From Eledone cirrhosa (Eukaryota), in assembly GCA_964016885.1 (NCBI GenBank), contig OZ024744.1, positions 34,968,001 through 35,032,000 of the forward strand: a DNA stretch of 64,000 nt, in the 5' to 3' direction. Shown here in pieces: positions 13,259 through 27,665 of this stretch. The notes beneath the pieces were generated by a model. It saw only the letters and a program-made list of their open reading frames with translations. It was not told where the DNA came from and searched no databases. Made by a program: the position numbers and the translations under genes. Positions within the stretch are counted from its first letter, which is position 1; each line of letters starts with the position of its first letter.

Positions 13259-13871
13259 TCAAGGCCCTCAAGGAACACCTTAATGGGCCACTTATAGTCT
13301 ACAAACCACTTATTGATGACTTTTGAAACTAGAAGATACAATGATATTGCAAAGAAAGGAAAATGGGTACTGCCAAGTATTTCTAAGGCCCACTAAAATT
13401 CTATAATAAACACATCATACTAAAACATCTAGAGTGGCACAACCCTCTACTCCACCCCACCTCCACCCCAATGACTGACTGTACCAGTTGCAAGAACTTG
13501 ATTGATTGATTTATTGAATGACTGATACAACAAATCATGAACAAAATATTATCTATGTGTATAACTAAAATCTCAGACAACAATGCTTTACATATCTCAA
13601 GATCACAAGATCTCTGCAGTGTAATTTGTGGTGCTTTAGAAACATGAAACATACACAAAACTATTGAAAACTTAATAAAAAGAAAAAGAAAATAACCACC
13701 TAACTCTGTGGAGATTCCATTGTTTAGATTTAGAAACAACCAACAAATATTTAAGATCAATATGGCATTTTAAATGTTTTATTTATAAGTTATATACATA
13801 CACACAAACACACACTTATATAAACATACATACATACATGCATACATACATGCATACATACATGCATACAT

Positions 13872-13976
<105 letters not shown>

Positions 13977-13999
13977 CATACATACACACATACATACAT

Positions 14000-15790
14000 A
14001 ATTTCTTTGCAGATGATCTGAAACTCTATGCCAAAAACATGGATGGGAGGAAGAAAAATATTGACCTGGTTACAACATTCTCAAAGGATATAGGAATGGA
14101 GTTTGGCCAAGATAAATGCTCATACATGACTGTAAAGCAGGGAAAAACAACAACCCAATCTAGCAACATTTGTATCAATGGTCTAACTGTTTCACCAATA
14201 TAGGATGGGGACTGCTCCAGATACCTGGGGATAGATGAGAACATATCCTATAATGGTATCTGTAATAAAGAACGCGTAACCGGGGAATACTACACCCGAT
14301 TAAGAAAGATCTGGTCATCGGAACTCTCTGCGCAAAACAAAACAGTGGCTCACAATGTGTTTGCTGTGTCTGTCCTAACACCAACGTTTGGAATACTCAA
14401 TTGGACGATAGACGAAATCCGAGCAGTTGATGTTGGAACTCGAAAAATACTGAACAACACCAGAAACTTCCACATCAACAATTTCATAGACCGCCTTTAA
14501 TTGAAACGTAAGCAGGGAGACAGTGGCCTAACATCAGTCCAGACAACATTTGAATGTCGCATCATATCTCTCCGACAACATCTACGAACCTCGAAGCGTA
14601 GGAGCCCGCTTCTCGAGCAAGTCTATCTTCATGAAACAGATAAGATCATGAGAGTTGGGAAGGAACTCCTTGAGAGATATTCCCTGTGTGATAATCAAAA
14701 ACTCACACCCTGGGAAGTCACTCAGCAGTATTGCAGTGAATCCATGGATGAAAAACTGCATGCTTATCAGCAAAAATTCATGCATGGATATGTTGCCAGG
14801 AAGCTCCAGAGTGAAAGTAATATAGATAAAAAAAGTAGTCTATCTTGGACCAACAACCGCTATATTGGCTCCCACTTTGAAGGATACGCTTTTGCAATCC
14901 AAGAACAGGAAATCAACACAAAATACCTGATTCACAAAAGAGATAGGGATGCAGGCAAAACACCTAGATGTGATAACAAGTGCAGACTCTGCAGAACTAA
15001 CATCGAGGATATCACCCATGTCATCAGCAGCTGCCCAAAGATGTCATCACGGTCCTATCTACCTATGAGGCATGATGTTATGGCCAAAACACTGTACAAT
15101 GCAATCCATAGAAAAGATAGCCCCGATAATAAACACATTAAAAGCTACAGCAATGTGGAAGACATACATATACATAATATGAAAGAGTACTGGTGGAATG
15201 TTCCAGTAAAAACCCCAATAAAATGCAGGCATAACAGACCAGATATTATGATATGGGACAGGGAAAAGAAGGCATGCACAGTAGTGGAAATTAGCTACCC
15301 AGCAGATGCCAATATAATATCAAAGATTAGCGAAAAGGAGAATATTTATGCAGAACTGATGAGAAATGTGCAGATACTCCACCCTGATTACACCTTCAGA
15401 TTTATGCCTGTGATTATTGGGTCACTGGGGTATGTTAGTAACTGCCTCAATACAAATCTTGAGAAGCTAGACTTCACAGGGACAGAAAGAACACAACTAG
15501 TTAGGAAATTACAACTACAATCCATTAATTGAACAGTAAAAATATGTAAAATATTCCAAAAATGTTGCATCTAATAACTGCATATACACATGTACAGATA
15601 CAAAGCATATACACATGCACACATACAACTCAAAACATCCACACATACAATAACATCCATATCTACACATGCATACATACATAATCTACCTAGTTGATGT
15701 TGTGTAAATTCCAATGAGAGAGTCTGTAACTATGTTAGAAACCGACTCTCTCTCTATTGGTAAAACTTTGTGAAATTATAAAACCACGAC
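14000..15790 (+). mobile_element. 5'-truncated R4/Dong-type non-LTR retrotransposon (RT C-term, CCHC knuckle, restriction-like endonuclease), disrupted
   Basis: FADDLKLY..IGMEFGQDKC; CRLC..EDITHVISSC..MRHD; NRPDIMIWD..VVEISYP; stops and frameshifts; embedded in (CATA)n. Confidence 0.85.
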
Positions 15791-15989
15791 ATACATACAT
15801 ACATACATTCATGATGGCTGCCCCTCGTTATCGAGTATGGCCATTGCACGAGAAAAAAAAAAACATAATAATAATAATAATAATAACAACAATAATAATA
15901 ACGACAACAACAACATTAATAATATACATATATATATATACACAAACACACGCACACACATAAACATATATATACACACACACACCCGA

Positions 15990-17512
15990 TAGCAATTAAC
16001 AGCGGTGCGATCGAATGTGGCTTTTTAGTCCAGCCAATGATCTAAAGTGTCTTGCATAGAGTCGGTAACCAAAACATTCACTGGGAATAGCCAGCTGTGG
16101 TTGGAGTTTGAGCCCTCCTGCTGATTTACATTCTCTACCACATGTTTGGCAAGCATGATGAGTAGCATCTCCAACAGCAACCTGGTAGTCAACCACTGGT
16201 CTTACTTTATGACTGCGAAGATGACTTTCGAGTCCAGCTTTGCTTAGGCAGAGTCTCGCACAGACGCTGCATGTCAGCACCATAGGAGGACCTTCACCGT
16301 CTGGAAGTGCAACAGCAATGCCCTTCCTCACATCCCGCTTTACTTTCTCGTATGCGATTCGAGATGCCTCAAAGACAACTTTTCCCTCATATACAGTCTT
16401 TCTCCATTTATTATGATCAGCAGCAATATTTTCCCAAGTATCAGCAGAGATGTTAGCGTCTTTCAAAGAGGCTTTCAAGGAATCCTTATACCTCTTTTTT
16501 GGTTTATGTGGCGGTCGTTTTCCTTTAACCAAATCTCCATAAAAGAGTTGTTTTGGTATTCTAGAATCCTTCATCCTGGCAAGGTGACCACTCCAACGGA
16601 CCCGTTGCTTAAGCACAAGAGCTTCTATACTGTCACACATAGAGCTTTCCAAAATCTCGACATCACTGATGTGGTCCCTCCAGTGAACGCCATGGATCCG
16701 TCTGAGACACATCTGATGGAAACGCTCCAATTGCTTAAGGTGGTGTCGATATGTGAGCCAGGTCTCGCAGGCATAAAGAAGAGAAGAGAGCACACATGCC
16801 TTGTACACCTTTACCTTTGTCCTCCTGCATATGTCTCGCCGACCCCAGAGTCGCCTTTCTAGCTTTCCGAAAGCATCACTTGCTTTCCTAATCCTAAGTG
16901 AGATTTCACTATCAAGGTTGCTGTATCGATTGACAGTGCTTCCCAGGTAGACAAACTGATCAACCACTCCAAGTCGTTTGCCATACACATAGATGTTTGG
17001 TTCAGTCTACTGCTTACCAGGGGCAGGTTGGTACATGACGACGGTTTTCTTGAGACTGACAGTCAATCCTAGGGCAGTGCAAGCATCAGAAAATGCATTC
17101 AAAATGTGCTGCATATCACTCTCTGTGTGCGCTACAAGATCGCAATCATCTGCATACAAGAGGTCTCTTATGATTGATGTAAATACTTTTGTTTTTGCAG
17201 CAAAGCACCTGATATTAAATATGCTGCCTGAGGTTCGATATCGGATGTAAACACCATGCTCGCAATTCCTGAATGCAATATAGAAAACCATTGCAAAGTA
17301 TATGGCAAACAGGGTCGGTGCTGGAATATCCCCGTTTCACTCCATTTTTTACTGAGATAGGCTCCGACATTAACCCAAGCCTTCATATCGTCATGGAAAG
17401 ACCTAACTAAAGCAAGGAACTTATCAGGGCAACCAAGTTTCTGGAGAACCTTCCATAATGCATCTCTGTTAACAGTATCGAAAGCTTTTGTCAGATCGAC
17501 AAAAACCTGATA
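15990..17512 (-). mobile_element. 5'-truncated RTE/BovB-type LINE with C-terminal C2H2 zinc fingers
   Basis: FVDLTKAFDTVNR, LLYADDC, FVYLGS, LLYACETW, RWSGHLARM..RIPKQLFYG; CSVCARLCLSKAGLESHLRSH plus two further degenerate fingers; frameshifted. Confidence 0.88.
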
Positions 17513-18442
17513 CAGATATATATATACATACATACATACATACATGCATGCATGCATGCATGCATACATACATACATACATACATACACACATACATACA
17601 TATATACATACATACATACAAACATACATACATACATACATACATACATACATACATACATACATACATACATACATACATACATACATACATACATACA
17701 TACATACACAGTTAATTCATTTAATAAGAAAGTTAATAAGAGAGTGTTGTAGTTTGCTTGACATACTCACAAAATTATAAAATTTGTATTTTATGAATAT
17801 TCTGACCATTGATAAAACAAAACACTTCTCTGTCGTCTCTTCCTCCTAGACATTATTGTCATCATCATTATCATCATTATCATCATCATCATTATCGTTA
17901 TCATCATTATCGTCATCATCATTATTCTCATCATCATTATTCTCATCATCATCAATTATGTCAAACTGTAAAATATTTATACCATACACCCTCAAGCTCT
18001 ACAATATCTGCTTTACATATATAATACATGTATAATATATAATATTAAGCATATATACATATATATTATATAACGTAGAATATGATATATTTAAGAAGAC
18101 TAAGACAATGGAAGACAATGGACAGTTAAATGAAGACAACAAAAAGGTTTGTGTTACCTGGTATTTATTATTATTATATGTTGTATTTTTTTCGTCTTAA
18201 TATTTAGGACTTAAAAGTCCCTTCCTCAGAGTATGGAGAACTTTTAGAGGGAAACATTCCGGTTTTATCACTTTGAAATTTGATGTAAATTTAAATCAAA
18301 CTTCAAAGCGATAATAGCAGGTCACACGAACGTTTTCATTGACTTCCTTTTAAAATCCATTTTGCATTGCCTTAGCCTTCTTATACATAACATTTTCTAC
18401 ATTATATACTATACATAATGCCTCAAGCAAAGCACAACATTC

Positions 18443-18500
<58 letters not shown>

Positions 18501-18615
18501 TAATAAAAGGAATTCCAACTTTGTCTGATTTACTCGTTTTATTTACAATCCTTTAAAATTTATAATGGTAGTAGAATGAAATAGTATGGTGGAATATTAA
18601 ATGTTAAGTGTTAAT

Positions 18616-18654
18616 TGAACAAGTACTTTCATGCTTTCGCAATCTTCAGGTTCA
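18616..18654 (-). ncRNA. Minimal type I hammerhead ribozyme
   Basis: UGAAC-CUGAAGA-u-UGC-gaaa-GCA-u-GAA-AG-ua-CU-U/GUUCA: perfect 5-bp stem I, GAAA tetraloop on stem II, palindromic AAGUACUU stem III; element 18497-18750 lies between (TA)n tracts. Confidence 0.75.
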
Positions 18655-19057
18655 TATTGTGTAGTGACAGTCAAGTTTGCAATTTTCAACTGTAATGAGA
18701 TAGGTAAATTTTGTGCCTTATATACAGTGAAAAGTGGCTCCAGAATGCTTATATATATATATATATATATATATATAAGAGGTAAATACCCCCTTCGGTC
18801 ACGAATCACCATGGCATTAGCACCTAGAAAGTTCCCCTTTGAGGCACAAGTCCAGGCAAAGTTGTTAGTGGAAGACCAGCAGTATCCCCTCTTCATGCCA
18901 ATATATATATATATATATATATATAGTAATAGATTTTCCAGTTCATTTCCATCATCACAAGTTCAACAAGCTGACCCTCCAGCCCAATGAAACATACATT
19001 CCTGGTATGGTACCATTGTAGTAACAGGCCTTAATAATTATATATATATATATAGGA

Positions 19058-19817
19058 GGAGAAATACTGTATATATTTTATCAAATGATTCTATGAACTT
19101 ACTTTCTTATATATTGCTCTGATTGTTGATTATTTAATTTATTAATTCGTCATTGAGCCACACTGTGAATGGTTGCCAAAAACATATATATATGTATCTA
19201 TATATATATGGCTCTGTCTAGTTTATGTATATGTAAACCTATATATTTTATATACTCCCGTATGGTTGAGTAAAAATTTAGGCAGTATTCAGCTGCGCTT
19301 TCTAGCAACCAGCCTACTCGCTGTCAAGCACCAATCACAGGCTTTCTGACTTGACCACTGGCCATGTGACAATTCTTAGCCATTTTGAATTCGTTTCTGG
19401 TGGGGATCATTTAAGAAAAATCTTTGTCCAATTAAGTTTGTTTCCTGATGATTTCGAAACTCGTGAATTTATCCATGATCGGATATTTCCAAAAAGTGAA
19501 TAAAACCTCATGGGGTAGAAACATAATTTTGGTATGTACATTTTTTCTTCTAACTTTGATTTTGTACCTAATTGTGTATGTTAACTATATGTCTAATCAA
19601 TTTCTACGGGCTATTAGAAATACTAGGTAAATCTTCTGTGGCTGTGGATCGCGGATAAAATAGCTATCATTTATTTATCTATTGTTTCTTCATAGGTACA
19701 TTTTAAACTTATAGCCTCGTTTAATTGATTTTTTGTGTGGTTAATTTATGCTGATTGGGAGAAGAAATACTGTATATATTTTATCAAATGATTCTATGGA
19801 CTTACTTTCTTATATAT
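19058..19817 (+). mobile_element. ~703-bp terminally redundant non-coding element between (TA)n tracts
   Basis: ~55-bp direct repeat at 19060-19114 and 19763-19817; internal CUGAUGA-uuuc-GAAAC at 19445-19460 lacks a valid NUH (degenerate HHR). Confidence 0.5.
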
Positions 19818-19911
19818 ATATATATTAGAGAAAAGAACAAAAAGCATACATCTTTTTCATTAGCCACCCCTTGGACAATCCATTTGTATGTGCATGTGTT
19901 TATGTATGCAC

Positions 19912-19952
<41 letters not shown>

Positions 19953-20405
19953 ATAAAAATATGTAAATATATTTCATAAAATTAAAAGATGGCCATATAT
20001 AAGTTTTGCTTAATAAGATTTCTTCGAATGGATTAAGTATTTGCAATGGTTGGTTGAATTTATAGTTAAATGTAGTATAGATTATTTGAAGCAAGGATTT
20101 CCTAAACATATATACTTTTATATTGAATATATGAGGAGATTATCTTTGTTTTTATCCATCCTTCATTGTCGCACCACACTTTCTCTGCCTTCTATAGCTT
20201 CGACATTAAGTTTTGCTATATGTAGAACAACCCTAACATTACATTCTCTCTACCTTACTTTTGTCAACAGCATCAAATGCTTCGTTTATTTAATATAATC
20301 ATATTGAATTAAAAATATGGCCATCTGTATCAAATCAATATAATAACATTCTCAATGCTATAGATATACATATCTATTTATGAGTGTGTATGTGTGCTGT
20401 GTGTG

Positions 20406-20447
<42 letters not shown>

Positions 20448-20614
20448 TAGGTAGATAGATAGATAGATAGATATATTTCTTTATTAGCCACAGGGGCACA
20501 AAAGAAGGGGACAAATACAAAGGGGGAAGTTTACATACAATAAAAACGTGTAAAATGTTATCACAGATGGAATTTAAAAGTTAGTCGATTTTCCCCAATA
20601 GAGGGAGACAGTTT

Positions 20615-20648
<34 letters not shown>

Positions 20649-20989
20649 GGATAGATAGATATACATGTGAAGGCATGTGGCTTATTGGCTAGTTAGTGTA
20701 TTGTAATGTTGAGGGTTCAATTCTCGGACCATGTAATGTGTTGTGTTCTTGATCAAAACACTTCATTTCACATTGTTCCAGTCAACTCAGCTGAAAATAA
20801 ATACACTGAATATGACAATGCATTTTTTATAGAGCTGAGGTGGTTATGATTTTTAATTGTTGTTGTTATTATCTTTCATCTTATCCAAATTAAAATAATC
20901 AACTGTTATTGTCCAAATACTGTCCTTAATTTTTTACAAAAGATTTTTTTTTTTTCATGTTTTTCAATTTGTTTTTCCACCAATGATTC

Positions 20990-21625
20990 ATTGAACTTCT
21001 CTCGTATTTTTGTCCTTTTTTGTTTGTTCTTTTATCTAGTGTCTTATATTTATCATGACATAACTGTAGTTTAGAAATTTTCAATTCTTGCTGAGCTAAC
21101 AAACAAAAGTAATTATCAAAATTAAACAGACACCCTATTATTTTGTCTTCAATATTAATGATACCACATCCAACCCCGTTGTGCATGTCAGACAAGTTCA
21201 TGAAGATTGTGGACAGAAAATATGACAATACATACACTAGGCAGAGTCTAACACCCACATTGAATGGTTTCAACTTAGCATCATTTATGGAAATACAAAT
21301 ACTAAGAGAGCATTTATATAGAGTCTTCAAGGCATTAAGAAGCTGTTTGTTGGCCCCATACTCCTGCAGAACCTTCCACCACAATATGGGATGTAAGGTT
21401 CAAAGTTTACGAAATAAGCATACACCTTTTCACAATATCCACATGATTTCTCAAAGAGCTGCCACAGAGTATTTGGTCAGCTATGCCAAGTCTGGGTCAA
21501 AAACCACACTGTTTGTCAGGGAGCTTGAACTCGCCAATATCCTGACATCTCTTTGTTAGATACTTAACATAGACTTTACCAGGGAGGCATCTCACACATT
21601 GCATCATCTGAATCTCCCTGAGAAT
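20990..21625 (-). pseudogene. Highly decayed RTE-type RT fragment
   Basis: WKVLQEYGA..LLNALKTLY..ISINDAKLKPFNVGVRL..VLS..LSTIFM resembles RT motifs of RTE-like LINEs. Confidence 0.55.
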
Positions 21626-21909
21626 TACATTAGGCGTAGAGGTATTTGTGGAATACTCAGCCACTTACATGCTAATTTCATGAGTTGGTTGTTCCATTGA
21701 TCAAATACAACTGGAACACTCATTGCTGACATCTGGCAGAGGCCTCTTTTTTTTCCATTTTTTTTTCTTTTTTTGTGTGTTATACTGAGTATTGAGCTCA
21801 CCATTTGGTGTTGATACACTGCCAGTTTCCTCTCCATTTATGAAATAGGATCCATGTTTCCGATCATTCTTTATTATGTATCTCTATTGTCTCCAGAAGA
21901 TTTTAAAAA

Positions 21910-22372
21910 AACCTTTTGTTACCATATTTCTAATGAAAAATCATTGCTTATGATTTTCAAATATATATATTTTTTAATAATCAAGAAATATTGGAAGGAT
22001 TAGGTAATATACCAACTTTCTCATTATTAAGCTGGTATGAGGGCGGTGGAACGTCAGACACCATGCTTTGCGGCATAGAGTTGCGTCCCTCTATGTTCTG
22101 AGTTCAAATTCTGCTACTTTGCTTTTCCTCCTTACAGGGTTGATAAAATAAATTACCAGTAACACACTGGGGTCGATTTAATCGACTTTCCCCTTCCCTA
22201 CAAATTGCTGAACTTTTACCTAAAGTAGAAACAATTATTAATCTGGTATCTGGAATATAACTTAACAAAGGTTCTTACATAAAATTATGATGGAAAGTTT
22301 TTCGACAAATATAAATACTTTAAAATAAAGAACCAGCAGGAATTTTGGGTGGTTCAGTATTAAAAGGGTTAA
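21910..22372. mobile_element. TTAA-type MITE family B with a nested tRNA-derived SINE (~22040-22236)
   Basis: Ends match 60570-60770 (ccttttgttac.atatttctaatgaaa ... aaaagggttaa); SINE flanked by attattaa(g/t)ctggtat duplication. Confidence 0.65.
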
Positions 22373-22903
22373 CACTATTTTCGGAAGTGGAAAGCAGTGT
22401 CCATGATATTTTTCATGACCTCCAAGACTGGTGAGATCCTGGAAGTTATACTCAAACCAGAGACCTGAATAAAAGTTCCAAACCCTACACAATTAATTAT
22501 TATTAGCATAACAGATACTTCACTCCGAGATTATGTATTAATATATTGCAGAGAATTCTACAATGAGGCACCAGGTGTTCTGAGAAGGGCATGTCAGGAG
22601 CACATCGTAACCAGACTGAGGAATGTCTTTGGATTTCGGAAAATATTAGCATATATTGAAGACTAACATTCACAGAAGTAAAGGATAGCCAAAAGAAACT
22701 GATAAAATTCCTCTTAGATCCCAGAATGACACACTTAGCATTTATTTAGTACTTACTAAATGGTATGGTATGGTCCATAGTAGGGGTAATGTAGTGGCAT
22801 ACAGCATTTCTTGGACATTTTAAGCCTGATGGAGCCTATCCCTCTCCAGGTCTGAACACAGCAGATCTCTTTGAGAAAAGGATAGATAGTGGTGGTGGTG
22901 GGG

Positions 22904-23020
<117 letters not shown>

Positions 23021-24169
23021 ATGGTGGTGGTGGTGGTAGTAGTAGTAGTTATGTCTGTTTATGCAAGTCAAATACTGCCAGGACCAACTTTAACTTCCAT
23101 CTATCAAGAGTTAATGAAATAATAAGTAGTCAATTGAATTCATACACCCTCTTTGCCTGCAAATGTTTGGCTTTATGCCAAAATTAGAATAGAACATTAT
23201 CATCATCCACACCACCCTCACCACCACCACCATCCATCCATCATCGTCATCATCATCATCAGCTCCACGATTTTTTCCAACTCATCTCTTTGCTGGAGCT
23301 ACAGTGCCTGGCCAAAAAGAAAACCAAGAATGAGCACTTGGCAATGCTTATGTTGTCAGGCCCTCACAGTCCAAACCAGTCAGGCAATGCAGTCAGTGGT
23401 GCATCAACCTCTTGCCATCTATAAGGAGTTAGTGATATGCAAGACAGATGGCATTCTCAAGGAGACTAGCAGTTGAGGAAAGGACAACAGAATAGCCTAT
23501 TTGGGAGGACTTTCAAACCGGGGACTATGAATGACTTGTGGTAAACCTTTGTCTGGCAGCTGAGGGGTATTATAGGATCAGCATAAACTCTACAAGCATG
23601 GTAATGCCATCACCAATGCCTACTCAAGATGTAGATAGCCTGATAAAAACCATTCAGCATGCACTGATTCGGTGTCCAAGTATTGCTGACTTGTGGAGTT
23701 ATGCCAAACAAATGTAGTTCTATGTAGGACAAATCAGCTAAGTCCATAATGAAAATTGCTCCTGGATCTTCCTTTGGCTGGGATGGAAAACTTTTTTTAA
23801 TTTTGTTTATACTTGGTAACCATGGTGAAAGAGATTGTAATGTAGACAAACTTGAAAAAGACAGAAAACAGATACTTTATTATTTGTCCAAATCCTCAAC
23901 AACTGGAGATTAAAATGAAAAAAAAAGATAGGAGGGGTGAGAAAGAGAGGAGGGGAGAGAGAACACATGCCCATGGTAGATGGGGTAAACATGAACCCAT
24001 GGTTTACTTTTATTGGCTGTTGCTTGTTGTATACTTTTGTTTTCCATGTTTATTCTTTGCCATAATCAATACTGTGAACATACACACTGTTTTTGTAAAC
24101 TGTCCTCATAATATCACCTCAACTGTCACCCTGAGTCAGTAATAATAATAACAATAATTTTTTTGGGGG

Positions 24170-24831
24170 GAGTCTCAGTCATTGATGTTATTTAACTGGA
24201 AAGTTTGTCCTAATGAACATTAAGCCACTACCTGCAGCCTCAGATATTCAGGACGTATCGAAGGGTTCTTGCTGTTCCCAGCAAGCATGCCTTTTGAGTG
24301 TTCCAAAAAAGGTGGCTGGACTAATCTTCTTTAACCATCCTTGGAAACTCTTTGAGATAGTACCTAGTGCTCCTATGATAATCGGGATGACCTTGATCTC
24401 ATGACAATTCCAAATCTATTTTAAATTCCCACTTTAAGTCCTGGTATTGGTTAATTTTCTCCTTCTCCTTTTCTTTCACTCTGGTGTCATGTTTATTGTG
24501 TTCTAATTTCTTGTCAGTCTGTATCCTGAAATCCTAGAGCACCTTCACATAATCGTTTTCTATCACCGACTCTGGCTTATTGGTAGTATCGGTAGAGGGT
24601 CGGACGCCATGCTTAGCAGCATAGAGTTACGGCCCTTGCCATTCTGAGTTCAAATCCCGCCGAGATTAACTTTGCCTTTCATCCTTACGGGGTCGATAAA
24701 ATAAAGTACCAGTAATGTACTAGGTAATTGCTGGCCTTGTGCCAAAAGTAGAAACAATTATTAATATTATTATTACGGGATCGATAAAATATAGAACCAG
24801 TAATGCACTGGGGTAATTGCTGGCCTTGTGC

Positions 24832-24865
<34 letters not shown>

Positions 24866-26070
24866 GTTCTTTGAGTCTGTCATTGATGTTGGTTAACTGG
24901 AAAGTTTGTTGAAATGAATATCAAGCCACTACCTGCAGCCTCAGATATTCAAGGACGTATCGGAGGGTTTTGCTGTTCCCAGCAAGCATGCCTTTTGAAG
25001 TGTTCCAAAAGCGGGTCGCGGCCAATTTTCTTTAACCATCCCTGGAAACTCTTTGAGATAGTACCTAGGGAACCTATTATTATTATTATTATTATTATTA
25101 CAGTTGCATTTATCTTGCTTTATGTTCATACGAGTTATCACCAAGTCACAACCAGTGACCTCAAGAGACAACAAGGTCCGCCATGTTCAAGAAAGAACAT
25201 ACATACTCACACATGCATCTTTAGTGTTTAGACTTGTGATGTACTTATATTGACAGAATCTTCCTTGGTATATGGGCAGTTCCCATTAGTACTATCTTTT
25301 GTATTTCTCCTATACGCGGGTTTCCTAGGATTTGCGATAAGTAATCATTAGACCCCTTAGGTATCATTCCTAGAGCGCCTACAACCACTGGTATTGTTTT
25401 AGTTCTCAATTTCCACATTTTTCCAATTTCTATCTCCAGGTCCTTATACTTGCTCATTATTATTATTAGTATTGGTAGAGGGTCGGACGCCATGCTTTGA
25501 TGTATAGAGTTACCGTCCTTGCCATTCTGAGTTCAAATCCCGCCGAGGATAACTTTGCCTTTCATCCTTTCAGGGTCGATAAAATAAAGTACCAGTAATG
25601 CACTGGGTATTTGCTGGCCTTGTGCAAAACGTAGAAACAATTATTATTATTATTATTATTATTATTATTGTTGTTGTTGTTCTTTGAGTCTCAGTCATAG
25701 ATGTTGGTTAACTGGAAAGTTTGTTGAAATGAATATCAAGCCACTACCTGTAGCCTCAGATATTCAGGACGTATCGGAGGGTTCTTGCTGTTCCCAGCAA
25801 GAATGCCTTTTGAAGTGTTCCAAAAAACGGGGCTGGACTAATCTTCTTTAACCATCCTTGGAAACACTTTGAGATAGTACCTAGTGCACCTAGGACAATC
25901 GGGACGACCTTGACTTCATGGCAGTTCCAAATCCTTTTTACCTCCCACTTTAAGTCCTGGTACCGGTTAATTTTCTCCCTCTTCTTTTCTTGCACTCTCA
26001 TGTGAAATGGGCAGCCTACATCTACAATCAGGCACAATCTTTTTTCCTTATTATTATTATTATTATTATA

Positions 26071-26129
<59 letters not shown>

Positions 26130-26320
26130 TAACACTTTTGCTCTGGCGGCCAAAGGTCCTTTGGGTCATTCCTTTTCCTTTAACTTTCCAAAACCGATCT
26201 TAGAATTCTTGTTGTTCCCAGCAAGGCTGTTTTCTGCAACAATCCTATTCTGATAGTAATTCCTAGCTTCTCAAGCCATGCATTCAACCTTCTACTAAAT
26301 CAGAAACCATTATTATTATT
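24170..26320 (-). mobile_element. Cluster of R4/Dong-type LINE 3' fragments interleaved with SINEs and (TAA)n tracts
   Basis: Fragments 24170-24578, 24868-25073, 25245-25456 and 25680-26048 translate as ..KINRYQDLKWEVKRIW..VVPIVLGALG..LQKA.LLGTAR and KYKDLEIEIGKMW..IPVVVGALG; SINEs (+) at 24577-24760 and 25470-25641. Confidence 0.8.
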
Positions 26321-27234
26321 TTTTTGTTTTTTCCTTTTCCTTCAGTATTGTTTCCAGTTTATTGCCGAGTGCCTTCCTGACACCTAGGGCAAATAAACTC
26401 ACTGTATACATTGGTAAGCCAGTTAACACACCATATTGATTATATTTACAGCTTAAAAAAGTATCAATACATATATACACACGCATATATATATATATAG
26501 ATAGATAGATATGGTGGCTGCCAACTCATTTTCGAGTACGCCCACTACTTTATATCCATGTAGGAGAACCCCTACCAATGCGCTGAACGAGTGTGACTTT
26601 TTAGTCCAGCCAGCGACTTGAAAACTCTGGTACAAACACTACACTTGTGACAATTATTGAGACATAGTGCTGGGCCCATGGTACCATGTGACGACAAGTG
26701 CAGAGAGATCTCCAGATATAAAGCAATGCCTGTGCCGTGAAGCTTTTATAGTGAGCAAAGGCACTGCACAAAGCTAGTACTACTCTCTTAACCAAGATGA
26801 TATTTACCAAAAAGAAGAACAAGTCAACATCATTGGATACCATCAGGGTTGCAGGTGTTATATCAGAGTTTTCCTTCTCCTAGAATTCTGCCTTGACAAA
26901 GGCTAAGGGGTCATCTCTCCCGGTGATTTTTGATGGCCATTGACTCTTAAGAGCTCCTTTGCCCTTTGACAGGTTTTGATAGATAGATATATACACATAC
27001 ATACACACATACATATCCATACACACATATATATGTACACAGATACACACACTCACACATAAATACATATACATACATACACACACACAAACATATACAT
27101 AAGTATACACACACATACAGATCCAGGCACATATGCTCATATACACACACACACACATCCATATATATATATATATATATATTATCATGCTATTTATGAT
27201 AAATCAATTCATGTTGCCTTCTTGTAGATACAAC

Positions 27235-27275
<41 letters not shown>

Positions 27276-27356
27276 TGTATGTGTGTGTACACGTGGCCGA
27301 GTGTGCGTGTGTGTATGTGTGTGTTTCCTCAGCAAAAATTCTATTTTATGTAAATA

Positions 27357-27665
27357 TCATCATCACTTTATGTCCATTCTTCCACGCTAGCATGGGTTAG
27401 ACGGGTTGTCCTGTTGTGGGTAATGCCAGGTCGGGTGACCTTGTCTTGCTCATATGAGAACAGATTTTGGTTTGATTTCTACAGCTGGATGCCCTTCCTA
27501 ACACCAACCTCATTTACAGTGAGTGCTGGGTGCATTTTACCATGGCTCCTACACGACCACTTTGCAGTGTGATGTGGGTGCTTTTTTTGTCGTGGCACCT
27601 CCACGACCACTTTGCAGTGGGAGAGGGTCGGGGTATATTGTCTATATGCTTCAGCTCTGGCTTGT
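27357..27665 (-). mobile_element. 3' UTR fragment of the PHD-RTE LINE family with (GAT)n tail
   Basis: Matches 48362-48660. Confidence 0.8.

Noticed and set aside
18778-18900. 120-bp repeat related to 63235-63340, considered as an HDV-like ribozyme
   Set aside because: Could not build the nested double pseudoknot by eye; treated as a SINE/LINE-end fragment.
22610-22655. CUGAGGA...GAAAAUAUUA hammerhead-like string
   Set aside because: No stem I and a poor stem II.
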